From Octopus sinensis (Eukaryota): a stretch of DNA of 64,000 nucleotides. Positions within the stretch are counted from its first letter, which is position 1, and every line of letters starts with the position of its first letter. A program made the position numbers and the translations under genes. Under the pieces are notes generated by a model. The model had not been told where the DNA came from. It saw nothing but the letters and a program-made list of their open reading frames with translations, and ran no database searches. The stretch covers positions 53,754,001-53,818,000 of the forward strand of contig NC_043015.1 of assembly GCF_006345805.1 (NCBI RefSeq), written 5' to 3'. This document shows positions 26,612-41,031 of this stretch, in pieces.

Positions 26612-27559
26612 TAAATAAGGATAATATCGATATTAAATATCGATATTATCAAGAGGTCAGCATGGGAATAAATACCATACAAAGGTAATACTTGTTTACA
26701 ACTATAAATAAGAGTATCTGAGAGACACCACCATGCCGAAATAGCAGTCAAAACCCTGACTCTAAAATCACCTTAAATGTATATATATATATATATGTAC
26801 GTCATATAAATATGAATCCATTCATGCACACACACACACACACACACACGAATGCACGTAAACACACAATGTCAGACATACTGTATAGGAACATTCGGTG
26901 TCTGTTGCAATTGTTCTTTGTTTTTTCTTTCTTTTTTTACTCTTCGCGAAGTTTCACCTGCGATTCCTAAAGCAGGTGCGTTCTACGTTCTGCTTGATCC
27001 AATGATGGCTTTTGTCATATAAACCTTCTATAGCTCATCATATCTTAACATGCAATAGTTACGCAACTAGCAGCAGTTCGTTATAACAACACACCTGTAT
27101 CCACATAAAAAGGCTACGAAGATAATGTCCACCCGGAATCCTCTAATATACCACCTTTCCCGCCCCTATATAGAAATCGAGAACGAAAAACAATGTGAAG
27201 AATATAAAATTTGTTATTGAATACTTAGAGGGTTTCTACGATTCCAATGCTAAGTTCGTAAAAGTCTTGCAAGAACATAAAGAATTTTAGAGAATCCTGA
27301 TTACTTTCGCACTTTGACCCTTCGACGTTATATTTTAGAAGAAATGCGCGCTGGAAAAAATGTATTATTGTATATTTATGCTTGTCGAATCTGTTGAAAT
27401 GTATGTTATCAATGATAACATGCATATAGCTGTGAATGGGAAGAAAGAGAAGGAAAAGTAGAAAGAGGGAGAGGAGAGGAGGGGAGGAGTAGGAGAAGGA
27501 GGAGATGAAGAAGAAGGAGGAGGAGGAGGAGGAGGAGGGGAGGATGGGAAGGAGGAGAT

Positions 27560-27725
27560 GAAGAAGAAGAAGAAGAAGAAGAAGAAGAAGAAAAAAAAGA
27601 AGAAGAAGAAGAAGAAGAAGAAGAAGAAGAAGAAGAAGAAAAAGAAGAAGAAGAAAAAGAAGAAGAAGAAGAAGAAGAAGAAGAAGAAGAAGAAGAAGAA
27701 GAAGCGGAAGAAGAAAAAGAAGCAG
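27560..27725 (+). repeat. (GAA)n microsatellite
   Basis: Seen directly. Confidence 0.95.
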
Positions 27726-28271
27726 AAGAAAGGGAAGACAAGAAGGGGAGAAAAAGAAGAAGAAGAAGTAAAAATAGGAGGGAGAAGAAGAAAAAGAAGA
27801 AAGACGGGAAGGAGGAGAAGGGGAGGAGAAGAAGAAAATGGTGAAGATAAAGTAGCAAAAGAAGAAATGATGTTTGTTTATTTGCCAAGTGTGGCAGCAT
27901 ATAAATAGTGTAGCAATGGAAGAATGGTCTTGTCTTGTATAACGACACCTGGCGTCTTCCATGCCTTCTATTACATCACTCAGATATGCTGTTTAAACTT
28001 TGGAAATAAGAAAATATTGCTTGAACACAGATGCGATTTCTTCCTCCCAATCCTTCTCTCTCTCTCTCTCTCACACACACAATCTCTCTCCCTCCCTCGC
28101 TCTCCACCTCTCTCCCTCGCTCTCCATCTCTCTCCCTCCCTTCTCTCTCACATTTAGTTTGTCCCTCTCTACTTCTCTCTATTAATGTACCAAAAAACGG
28201 AACACGGAACTGTGACAAGATACAAAAACTTCCTGCCAAAACGTTCATGTTATTCCGTCTGTGTATGTATG

Positions 28272-28305
<34 letters not shown>

Positions 28306-28309
28306 GTAT

Positions 28310-28622
28310 TTAAGCCTCGTTCTGGTCTAACGACCGCCATGTTTGTTTTCGTTCGGTTTCCTTGTATATCTCCACTGTCCTGTTTTTGTTCCCAGCTTTG
28401 ACCCTCCATAAATCCCAAATTATATTTTGATACTTAAGGGAGCAACTGTCTTCGAAGACTCGCTCAATGCTCGAAATGAGGAGTACGTAGATAGCCGACA
28501 CCTAATAAAGGGTCGTTCTTTATGTTGCTTGTACTGTTCTCTATTTGTTTCTCTCGTTTGCGTATCGAACACATTTGTTTTCGTATTTCATGTTGTTTAC
28601 TGTTGGCGATGTCCTGTACACA
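28310..28622 (+). mobile_element. Diverged relative of the 830-bp concatemer terminus
   Basis: ctcgaaatga...gacacctaataaaggg...gatgtcctgtac parallels ttcgaaacat...gacagctgatgacggg...gatgtcctgtac. Confidence 0.5.
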
Positions 28623-28636
28623 TATATGTATGTATG

Positions 28637-28742
<106 letters not shown>

Positions 28743-28904
28743 GTGTGTGTGATTGTGTATAGAAGAATATATTAATAAAAGGAATTCCAACCTTGTCTGA
28801 TTTTCACGTTTTATTTACAATCTTATAATGATATATTATAAGATAATATATTATAATTGAATAAAATAAAATGAAATAGTAGAATGTTAAATGTTCATTC
28901 TGAT

Positions 28905-28949
28905 TGAACTAGTACTTTCATGCATTGAATTCTGCAATCTTCGGGTTCA
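28905..28949 (-). ncRNA. Minimal type I hammerhead (U4C variant) with palindromic helix III
   Basis: Minus strand TGAAC-CCGAAGA-T-TGCA gaattcaa TGCA-T-GAA-AGTACT-A-GTTCA; in a (TA)n-flanked cassette ~28765-29255. Confidence 0.75.
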
Positions 28950-29256
28950 TGTAGTAGTGTTGACAGTCATGCTTCACAATTTTGACTGTAGCAAGATGAT
29001 TGATTCTGTGCTATAAATACAGCTGGGTAGGCTCCAGAGTGCTAGGTTTTGCAAAATGTATTCTGACCAATCAGTGTGTAGTATCACTCAATTACTTAAG
29101 CTGATTGGTTGGTTGAAGCTGATTGGTTTAGGCATCACGCTTTGTTGGACATGTCAAGAGTCCTGTATCTTGACCCTGGCCGAAGCAGCAATTGTTGGGG
29201 ATTTTTAGAAATGTTGTAAATATCCTTTGTCAGAGATTTTTATATTTTATATTTCA

Positions 29257-29302
<46 letters not shown>

Positions 29303-29441
29303 ATATATATATTAGCATCTGCCAATACTTTACATGTACCACGTCCACGCGTTGTTTTGTGTGATTTTTCTTTGTTTATTTGGATATATATATATTGGTT
29401 ATATTATTATTCGATTGAACGTTACGCATCCATTCCAAGTA

Positions 29442-29535
<94 letters not shown>

Positions 29536-30220
29536 ATATACATATATAAGGAAAAATGGAAGGAAAATGAAAGGAGAGAATTATAGAGAAAGAAATTCCT
29601 TCACAATTTTATAAAGGATTAAAGGAAGACAGAATTTACATTTTTATTAAAATGAGGTACCGGTTTCCATCGCAATAAAAAAAGTTTTATTCATGACAAA
29701 ACAAAAGGAAAAAGATTTGAAGTTAATTAAATTAAATTAATTATATCAGTTCGGGATGTTCACATGTATTTCGCTCATGCGAATTTTGTTAGTTGCGAGG
29801 TTCCATTGTTAGTTGTGAGGTATGGTGACAAGATTCCATAAATCTCAAGATCCTTCCTTAGGATTCTTAAAGAATAGAGAACTGCTCTCTTCTGAAGGTC
29901 GATAATATGAGGCTCGATTCCCGTTTCATTGAGTCCCTTAAGTAATAATTTAAATGATGTGACAAATACACCACAGGAAAAATCTTTCCAACTACATCCT
30001 GATATTTCTCAGTTTTTGTCATTTTCTTTGGTATCCATTCTGTTATCAGACGTCACTGCAGTGTCGGGTTTTACACTATCCGTTTCGTTTGTCCTCTTTC
30101 ATCATATCTGATCTCCTTGCTTCAATAATATTATCAGCTCTTATGCAAATAATATTTAATATCAGAACCTCTGCTTCCTTTGCATGCCAGAGTTTTGTTG
30201 CTTTAATAGCAGGTTCCTCA

Positions 30221-30721
<501 letters not shown>

Positions 30722-30724
<3 letters not shown>

Positions 30725-31060
30725 CCTGTTGTCATAGGTGCCCTGGGAATGAAAGCGAAAGGGACTGATTGCTACCTAACTCAGATACCAGGAAACCCCA
30801 TAATGGCAGAAATTCAAAAGATAGTGCTCATGGGAACTGCTCATATCCTTCGCAAAATACTCTCTATGTAATCCCAAGGTTTAAAACAAACTTTTTTTTA
30901 TGTATTAGACACTTACTAGTACAACACCAAAAAAAAACCCAAATATATGGCACACTAGGCATAACAACAACGTGGACTTCCAACCTGTTGTCTCTTGAGG
31001 TCTCTGGGTGAGACTTGGAGCCAACTTGTACAGACATAAAGCAAAAGTCAAACATAGAAT
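30722..31060 (+). mobile_element. R4/Dong-like LINE 3' end in (TAA)n
   Basis: IPVVIGALGMKAKGTDCYLTQIPGNPIMAEIQKIVLMGTAHILRKILSM* then a 3'UTR ending in aataataataat. Confidence 0.85.
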
Positions 31061-31097
31061 AATAATAATAAAAATAATTGTTATTATTACTGGTGTT

Positions 31098-31310
31098 AAG
31101 GCAGTGAGCTGGCAGAATCGTTAGCATGCCGGTTAAAATGCTTAGCGGCATTTCAGCCATCTTTACATTCTGCGTTCAAATTTCGCTGAGGTTGACGTTG
31201 CCTTTTATTCTTTTGTATTCGATAAAATAAGTACCAGTCGGACATTGGAGCCGATATACTCAACATAAACCCTCCATTAAAATTGCTGGCCTTGTGCTAG
31301 AATTTGAACC
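31098..31310 (+). mobile_element. SINE family A
   Basis: aaggcagtgagctggcagaatcgttagc...gttcaaatt. Confidence 0.8.
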
Positions 31311-31387
31311 TATTATTATTATTGTCGTCGCCATTATTACCCTCCTATATTTCCTTCATGCTCTTATATTTATGTTTTCCATTTCAG

Positions 31388-31433
31388 GTTATTTTCTTGG
31401 TGAAAATGTATCAACTTCCGAAACGTCAATAAC
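31388..31433 (+). ncRNA. Decayed hammerhead-like motif
   Basis: GTTATT...CTTGGTGA...CC-GAAAC-GTC-AATAAC; helix I perfect, CUGANGA box eroded. Confidence 0.4.
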
Positions 31434-31853
31434 ACCAGTTTTTCGCGTGTTAAATTAATATATTTTCATTAAATTTATCTTCTTCACATTATTATATTTA
31501 TGTTTGTTTTTTAACAATTAACGCAAGGCCTACTGTTGGTATCATCTTCAAAACCCATCTCGAAATGAGATTTTGGTTTACCAATCGGATTATACTGGGT
31601 GTTATTACATGTGTGTGTGTACATATATACATGTGTGTGTGTGTGTGGTTATAGACATACATGCATGTTTTCAGCAAGGACCTTGGCAACAACAGCTACA
31701 TCAGGGGTAGCAACGAGGCAATCCTGCTTTGCTCATTTTCCATAACATATCGATAGATTAAATGTATAAATATGCATTGGCATCTTGCACAAACATCAAA
31801 TCTAAGAACATTTGTAAAGCATATTCAGTGAAAGGGTGACATAGATAGGTAGG

Positions 31854-31929
<76 letters not shown>

Positions 31930-32743
31930 AGGAAGGGGGAGCGGAGGGACGGACGAGTGGACAGACAGACAGACCGACAGATATATAGATAGAGTGATAT
32001 ATAGATAAACAGATGAATAGCTATAATCGGTAGATGGATTTGATAGATGTAGATATGTATTTGTATATGAATATATCTATATATGTATGTAGGCATGTAT
32101 TTATGTATATAAGTGTAAAGGTGCGTGTGTGTGTGTGTATGTGTGTGTGTATGTGTGTGTGTGTGTCTGTTTGTCATTCGATATCACATCGTATATCATA
32201 TATTCTATGGAACATACAAGGCGAAGAAATGGTGCCAGAATCCATACAATTGTACATTAGCTTTGCAAGTTCTAAAGTATTGTTAGGAATATTGAAAAAG
32301 AAAAACTCTGTGTTTTGAGGCATAAACTGACAACGATTGATACAAACTACCTATACGGACAAAAAATAATGGCAGACCGTTTCCCTGAATGTATCCACAT
32401 TGCTCTAAGTCACACCACACGTCTACTACAGCGCAAACAATATCGTGTTGTGGCATAAATGCTATGTATTCATTTATCGTTCTGCTACAGTAACTCAGAA
32501 GCACAGAATATCTCGACTTCAACACGCAACACAACGCCGGGTACTGTTATAACATACAGAGTATGGCCATGCTGGGGAACCGCTTTGAAGGGTTTTTTGA
32601 CGGACCATTCGAGCCCGAGGCTTCCTTTTTTTAAAAAAAGAAACGTCTATCGGTTTCGGTCTCATTTTTGGTCTCTTATGTTGAAAAGCTATCTTACTCG
32701 AACACAAACAGAAGCACACACACATATACATACATATATGCAT

Positions 32744-32790
<47 letters not shown>

Positions 32791-32854
32791 CACACATATA
32801 TATATATATATACATTTACACACACGCGCGCACAGACATATACATACATACATA

Positions 32855-32903
<49 letters not shown>

Positions 32904-32964
32904 CATATACATATATACATTTACATACACGCGCGCACACATATACATGTATAAAGGGTAAAGA

Positions 32965-33225
32965 ACCTCTTCGGTCATGAATGGCCAAGGGATGGCTCCT
33001 AGAAATTTCCCGCTGAGGCTCAGGTCCAGACCAATTTGTTTATGGAAGACCATGAATTGCCTGTGCATACTCTCCTCTCCAAGCGAAAGACAAAGGCTGA
33101 TAAAGCTTGGCACTAATGGCGTCGCAACACACTCCTACAGCTGAGTGAAGTGGAGCAACGTGAAATAAAGTGTCTTGCTCAAGAAAACAACGCACAGCCC
33201 GGTTCGGGAATCAAACTTACCACCG
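32965..33225 (-). mobile_element. SINE family D (partial)
   Basis: Homologous to 5650-5979. Confidence 0.75.
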
Positions 33226-33464
33226 CATGATAGTCTTCCACATAGATGCAGTCTATCAAATTAACTCCAAGCGAATGGGTCGATGCCATGTACAGCGACT
33301 GAACCCAAATGCAAATAAAGTGACGTTTGAGCCCATGTGTGTGTATGGGTGTGCGTGTGTGTGTGTGTGAGTGTATGTGTGAATATGTGTGTGATTAATG
33401 TAATCAATGAGCAAAAAATGAAAGCAAACAATACGGACACGTTTTAAAATGCTAGCGTGTGAAT

Positions 33465-33498
33465 CTTGACGTTTCGAACGCTAGATATTCATCGTAAG
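33465..33498 (-). ncRNA. Decayed minimal hammerhead motif
   Basis: Minus strand CTT-ACGATGAA-tatctagcgttc-GAAAC-GTC-AAG. Confidence 0.45.
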
Positions 33499-33674
33499 GA
33501 AACGAAAGAAAAATATAGAGGTGTGAAAGACAACATCAACCGACTCATATGGTAGGGACCAGGTTGGCAGGCAGTTCTGTGTGAAAGTTGAAATGGGAAG
33601 TATTCGAGGTCCGTGTGAGCAAATATGGGATGTATATAACCAGGAAATGTCTGTACGTATATATACGTATATAA

Positions 33675-33717
<43 letters not shown>

Positions 33718-33844
33718 AGTAGGTGAATGAATTATCCTAGTATGGATAATTCGGTTAATCGATACCTGGGTAGCAAATTCGCGTCAGAAAACACGGTTGA
33801 AGCTACATGCCAAGGGCAGAAACCCCGTGTATATATATATATAT

Positions 33845-34503
33845 AATGAGGGAGATAAATTTAATATTAATTTAATTAATATCAATTTAAAACCAGTAGC
33901 CTAGCATACAAAAATCTGAAAAATCAGAGAAAATTCTAATACATGTGTATATTCAAAGGGCAAGACCGCTAGGTAGTCGGCCATATGCTAGAAATAGATT
34001 ATCAACGATCAAACTACAAAGAATGTTCTCTAGAGAAAAATTCAGCGAACACCAGAACAATTAGGCGGGCAAGACAGATGAAAATTATATAAAAAATCAG
34101 AATTACTCACAGACCGGCGGTTTCATCAATTAACAAATGAATTACTTATATAATCCAATTGTCCGTAGATTCGTCAGTGCGATCGTTCTCCAGGTAATGT
34201 AATTTGTAAAACTAACCATTAGCTTTCCGTACAAAAACAGACACGTGTTTAGTTTTACCGATTACATTAGGGATAATTTCAAATGTCTTAGTTCTGGCGC
34301 GCTAAAGTTCTGGAAGCGAAAATCTGCAGTAAATAATTTACTGCAGTTAATGCTGCCTAGTAGAGAACATATTTATTTTTTTATATAATTTTCATCTGTC
34401 TTGCCCGCTGAATTTTCCTCAAGAGAACTTTGTTTGTAGTCTGATCGTTGATGATCTATTTCTAGCATATGGCCGACTACCTAGTGGTCTTGCCCTTTGA
34501 ATA
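33845..34503. mobile_element. PLE-like non-coding element with inverted arms (~33950-34097 and ~34375-34503)
   Basis: ttcaaagggcaagaccgctaggtagtcggccatatgctagaaatagat is inverted as atctatttctagcatatggccgactacctagtggtcttgccctttgaa; contains a hammerhead; homologous to 61830-62145. Confidence 0.75.
34107..34182 (-). ncRNA. Intact-core type I hammerhead ribozyme
   Basis: Minus strand TCGCA-CTGACGA-ATC...GAT-GAA-ACC gcc GGT-C-TGTGA; GUC site. Confidence 0.85.
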
Positions 34504-34611
34504 CACACACACACACACATATATATATATATGTGTGTGTGTGTGTGTATATACACACACGCACAACACACACACACGCAAGCACACACACACACACACA
34601 CATATACTATT

Positions 34612-35260
34612 CTGGACGGTCTCTTTGTTTAAGTTGGTGAATGCTGCGATAATCCTTGGCTTTAATTCCTCTTTGGTGTTACAAGGAGGTTTGTTGGTCT
34701 CTCGTTCAACTGTGCCCCACACATAATAATCCATGGGGTTGCAGTCTCAGGAGTTAGATGGCCAGAATGTTAGGGGTGATGTGGTCGTAGAAATTATCTG
34801 ACAGCCATTGCCAGGTCCTCCTGCTTGTGCGGCATGATGTAAAACTTAGTGTATTCCAGTAGCCACTCTCTTGACCCAGGGCACCACTGCCTCTTCCAGG
34901 CACTTGATGTGGGCCTCCCTGTTGAGTTTGAGGCTATGTGGCAAGATGAATGGAGGCATAACATCTCCATCACTAGGATCATTGCAAACACCATGATTTC
35001 AACTGGATATTTGACTTTTTATCACTCTCGGTACATGTTCTCAGATTGCACTGACCTCAGATTGACACCCAAACACTCTAAAATGTTCGTATTGAAGCTT
35101 TCGGTGAGAATGCCTAGCAGTACAGCATGTCGTTTCCAAATTTCTGGCAGAGTGAAGTTCCCTACTATACTTTTTAGTCCACAAAATCATAAGCAAACAG
35201 CACGCATGCGCAAATTAAAAAATATAAGATGGCAACAATTTACCCATTGAAGCCTGTATA
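34612..35260 (-). mobile_element. Tc1/mariner (maT/DD37D-like) deleted element
   Basis: Minus-strand WPSNS.DCNPMDYYVWGTVERETNK; same family as 49136-49990. Confidence 0.75.
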
Positions 35261-35562
35261 TACAACTGTATAAATTTTTATAACCGTAGTTATTTTATAG
35301 TTAAATGGCGAACCAACTGGTAAACTGAGAAAACAACTCGGAGTAACAATGTGGATTCTATGAGAATAAATGTTTCTCTTACTGAGTAATAGATTCAGTC
35401 GAATATATTACTGAGTCGTATTAACAAACAGAAATATATATGCGTGAACGCACACGTACACACACACAAACATACGCAAACAAACACGCACACGCCCAAA
35501 TAAACCCCATAATATACAAAAGTACATACAGACACTAAGAGATATAAGCACACACATATACT

Positions 35563-35602
<40 letters not shown>

Positions 35603-35847
35603 CATACACACACACACACATATATATATATATGCACACAATATATATACCCATGAAATATATATATGTATATGTATATATATAAATACAAAGAAATACA
35701 TATATAAATATTTACATATGTATATGTTATATACATGTATGTGTATATTTATTTATGTATATGTATACATATATATGTAGATATTGATAAGTATATATAC
35801 AAAGAATGTATATATATATATATATATATAATATATATATATATATA

Positions 35848-35903
<56 letters not shown>

Positions 35904-35905
35904 GT

Positions 35906-35964
<59 letters not shown>

Positions 35965-36879
35965 TATGCATACATGTTTCGTCCGTCTCTTAAACAATCA
36001 GCCGAGTTGACAGCTCTCCAGCTCCTATACGTTTTCTGTTTTCCTTCATTTTTAATGATTCCTCGACGCCATTTTGCCGACATCATTTATATTCCATTTC
36101 TTGGTTCTATACACGAAGACGAGACTTTATTCTTACAGTACTCTCACTAACAACATTATTAACCAATACCCCCCACCACCACGTTCACCCCACCACCACC
36201 ACTACCACTGTCATGAATTACAAAATGACAGCCGTCGTCTCTTTACTGCTATTTTCAGCGTTACCCCTATCCATTTCCTTGTCATTTTTCCTCTCTGACA
36301 GCGGAAACTATGACAGCTGTTAAAATGAGGACTTTTAATGATTGTTCGACGTGCTGGAAATTGTAGCAAAATCTCCCTCAAATACCACCTTAAAAATAAA
36401 TGTGTCGCAACAGGAAGAGCTTCTGTGTTACATGTACTTCAGCGAAAAAGAGAGAGCCGCAATGGTCATGATTAGAATGTCGTTGATCGCTTTGTTGAGG
36501 GTAGGTTGGGGGTTTCTTTAGCACTCCAGTTACTAGAAATAGGTGCTAAATCTCCCTCTAATGAAAGTCCAGTAGTTTCAGAGAGAGAAGTGGATCATGA
36601 AAGTCATTGAATTTTTAGTACAATTTTATGATTTATCACGAAAGGCAGTGCTTACAGGTCTGTTGTGCGACCGACCCAGGCCTTGGGTTAAAACAGCAGG
36701 GAGCATTTCAAACAGCCACATCAGCAACACATCGCCAAGAGGACATTGTTAACAAATCGTTGCGATGCGTCCACAACTACCACCTCACTACCACGCCAAT
36801 ACTGCAATGATTACGTACGTCATCATAGACATCATCATAATCATCGCCGTTGTTGTCAGCGTGGTTGTCTTTGTCATCA

Positions 36880-37422
36880 TCATCCCAATCAGCATCATCA
36901 TTTTGATCAGCATCATTATCATCTTCATCATCAACAGCAGCAAATATCACTGCCGGTGCAGCCTTGTTACACCACTATCATCTTCATCATCAACAGCAGC
37001 AAATATCACTGCCGGTGCAGCCTTGTTACACCACTATCATCTTCATCATCATCATCATCACCATCTTCATCACCACCAATACCACCAGCACCAGCACCTT
37101 CATCACCATCGTCATCATCATCATTATCATCATCGTCATCGTCGTCGTCGTCTTCATCATCATCATCATCATCATCATCATCTTCATCATCATCATCATC
37201 TTCATCATCATCATCACCATCATCGTCGTCATCATCATCATTATCATCATCGTCATCGTCGTCGTCGTCTTCATCATCATCATCGTCGTCGTCGTCGTTG
37301 TCATCGTCTTCATCACCTTCATAATCACCTTCCATCATCGTCGTCATTATCATCGCTACTGTCGTTCATCGTTGTCATTGCCATCATTACCATCAACCAC
37401 ATTTATCATCATCAACATCATT

Positions 37423-37468
<46 letters not shown>

Positions 37469-38083
37469 ACATCATCATCAGGAGTAGCAGTAGCAGCTAT
37501 ATCAAGAACATCATAATCGAATGTTCCTCCGCCAACGCCATCATCATCATCACCAATAACAGACACGTCTTTTCTACGATCCAGCAAGGACGGGGTGGTC
37601 ATCTAAATTTCTCAGTTAGACCTGGTAGAAACAGTAGCCAAATTACCCTCAAATCACCCCCTACTTTCTTACCAAAGTTCGGGATGGTATAATTTGAAAT
37701 TGGGTTCTTGTCGTGTGGGATGTATAGCGTGGGTAGTCGCGGATGGAATCAGTGTCAATCTGAGAACAAGCAACAACGAAAACAGCATCAAAATAGACAC
37801 CATCTCACCCCTCCTCCACCATTAAAACTATTCTTCCTCACACCACTACCGGCACCTATCACCACCATCACCACCACCACCACGTATTGTACATGAATAC
37901 TACAACCTCTACTACAACCTAACACATTCCGTGGCTGTCGCCGCCACCAGCAGCCCCAGGAGCAGCACCGCTATCAGCATAATGAAGACCACCTCAAACC
38001 AAGTACATCCACCACCACCATCATCATCATCACCATCTTCATCACCACCAATACCACCAGCACCAGCACCTTCATCACCATCG

Positions 38084-38148
<65 letters not shown>

Positions 38149-39660
38149 TTCATCATCAACAGCAGCAAATATCACTGCCGGTGCAGCCTTGTTACACCAC
38201 TATCATCTTCATCATTACTATCCCCACCAGTCCACCACTACCACCAGCACTATCAACAGCTGCACCACCGCCACAACACTAATATGAAACCCACCACCTC
38301 AACAAACTCTGCCACCACCACTGCGTAACCGAAACAACCACTCCGAACCACCGGAGTGCCCGCACTAACTGCATCGCCGCAGCCACAACCACCACTACCA
38401 CCAAAGCCATCAGCATCATCGCCACTAACAGCGGTACTATACTCATAAATGCTACTAATGCAACTTGTTATACTAAAATGACCATCGCAGTCACTCTCCG
38501 CTACATCAGCAGCTTCCATAGCAACGGGCAGCCATCCTCCAGCTTCTACTCCCCGTCAGCATCATCATCAACATCATCAACAGCATCATCACCATCAGCG
38601 TTACGCCTATCACACCAATGGAGTCTTTTAACAGGAGCTCGGCCTGCTAGACACAACAGCCATAAAATCGAAGATATATAAAAGAAAAAGAAATGATGGG
38701 AAGATGAAGGCTAGCGATGCTTTTGGTGCTAAGTCTGCATGATGCTTGATCAGTATTGACCTGGGGTTAAATACAGAAGCAAAATCATTTGCATCAACCA
38801 CCGAAACAGTCGCCACCACCGCCACCGCCACAGTTGTGATCATCGTCGCCATCCTCACCACGACCACTATAGTCATTTTGAAACCAATCGCTCTCTGCTA
38901 CTACCACCGCCACCGACAACACCACCACCACCAACAACAACAACAACAACATAGTTACCACTGCAAACCACCTCACAAACGTCTCGCTCTTTCTCCTCCC
39001 ATCCCCGCCCCAGACAAGAACAGCGACCTCAACACCACCACCACCACTACTATCAATATCGCGGTTCTCATCTATGTACTCACAACCGCAAATAACCACC
39101 AACACCACCACCAACACCATCAACACCACCACGACCACCATCAACATCATCAACATCGTTATCAATGTCGTCCTCGTCATCATCATCATCATCAACCTCA
39201 TCAACATTGCCGTAGTCATCATCATCCTCATCAGTGCCACCATCATCATCATTATTATCAATGTCATCATCGCCCTTGTCATCATCATCATCATCATTAT
39301 CTTCATCAACGCCACCATCCTAAAATAGCGGCTGCTGAGCCACGCCCCCTGAATCTAAAAGACCACCACTGGCTCACTAACTACTTCATCACAACACAAT
39401 CACCACCACCACCAATACCGACACTACCACCACTACCACTACCATGATCACCACCACCACCACAACCAGTGCCACCACCACAGATACAGCATCACTAACA
39501 ACTGCTATCATTATCAACGTCACCACCATAACCATAGCCACAACCTTATCCACCGCTACCGCTACCACCGACACGATGCGAAACCACGCCTCCAGCCCTA
39601 AAACTAAAGCCAGTACCCACCACCATCACCACCACCGTCACCACCACCACATCCTCCGCC
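36880..39660. repeat. Degenerate (CAT)n/(CAC)n low-complexity region with internal block duplications
   Basis: aacagcagcaaatatcactgccggtgcagccttgttacaccactatcatcttcatc occurs at ~36933, ~36992 and ~38158. Confidence 0.85.
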
Positions 39661-40039
39661 TTCAACCCTGTGCAAGTCATTTGTAACTATCGATTCTCCC
39701 CCCCCTCCACTCTCCTCTCAAAACATCCATCATATACACGCTGACATCACGTTAGAGTAATACCTTGTTAGAAATAGCAGCCAATCACTCCCTCACTTGA
39801 AATCTATCGTTGTTTGTGATCTTTAATTTTTCTAGCTTTGTGTTTTATGTCTTTTACTCGTTTCAGTTATTGCACATCAGTCATTGTTTATTTTTCCTGG
39901 TAGGTCTGGTACTCATCCCCCATCGATTGCTTATGGGGACGTAAACAAACCAACACCGCCTAACATATGTGCGGAGGGACAAACACAATCACAAACACAC
40001 AGAAGGCACACACACATACACACACACACATATATATAT

Positions 40040-40490
40040 ACTCTTTTGCTCTTTTATTTGTTTCAGTCTTTTGACTGCGGCCATGCTGGAGCACCGCCTT
40101 TAGTCGAGCAAATCTACGCCAGCACTTATTCTTTGTATGCCTAGTACTTATTCTATCGATATTTGTTTGCCGAACCGCTAAGTTACGGGGGACGCAAACA
40201 CACCAGCATCGGTTGTCAAGCGATGGTGGTGGGGTCAGGGAGACACACAAATACATACATACATACATACATACATACATACATACATACACATACATAC
40301 ATACATACATGCATGCATGCATACATACATACATACATACATATGAGTGTTTGTCGACCAACTCCACTCACAAGGCTTTGATTAGCCCAGGGCTACAGGA
40401 GAAGAGACCATTGCAAGGTCTCACGCAGTGGAAGCGACCCTGGAACCAAATGGTGTTTGAAGGAATCTTCTTACCACAGAGCCACGCAGT
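40040..40490 (-). mobile_element. SINE family B
   Basis: ttgactgcggccatgctggagcaccgcctttagtcgagcaaatc... Confidence 0.8.
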
Positions 40491-40765
40491 ATGACACAAA
40501 AAAAAGAAAAGAAAAACGAACAAAAAGAAAAACGAACACAAAGTGATAAAAAAGGAAAGGGAACTGTCCATGCTAGATGATGTAGTCCTAGGTAGACTGT
40601 GACTGAATAATATATTTTATTTTACTTCATTCTATATCATTTACTTTTTAATGTCTATGCAATCATGGTTGACCCAGGGTTAAACAAACAACAGCAACAG
40701 AGAAAAGGGACACTAACATGAACAATATCCATTACTACTACCACCACTACTACTACTACTACTAT

Positions 40766-40830
<65 letters not shown>

Positions 40831-40861
40831 TTACTACTAAATCAACCAGCACCACAGACAC

Positions 40862-40892
<31 letters not shown>

Positions 40893-41000
40893 AATGCGGG
40901 TGCGCGCAACAAGACCATAGCTATTAGATCAACATCAACACAACCACGACAACTACCACCCGTACAATACAAATAACGTTACCCCACTACAAATGCCACA

Positions 41001-41031
<31 letters not shown>

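Noticed and set aside
27225-27962. Poly-Lys/Leu/Ser ORFs
   Set aside because: (GAA)n microsatellite read-through
33791-33830. ACACGG-ttgaag...TGCC aag GGCA-GAAAC-c-CCGTGT three-way fold
   Set aside because: Hammerhead-like stems, but no CUGANGA box and no helix III or NUH site
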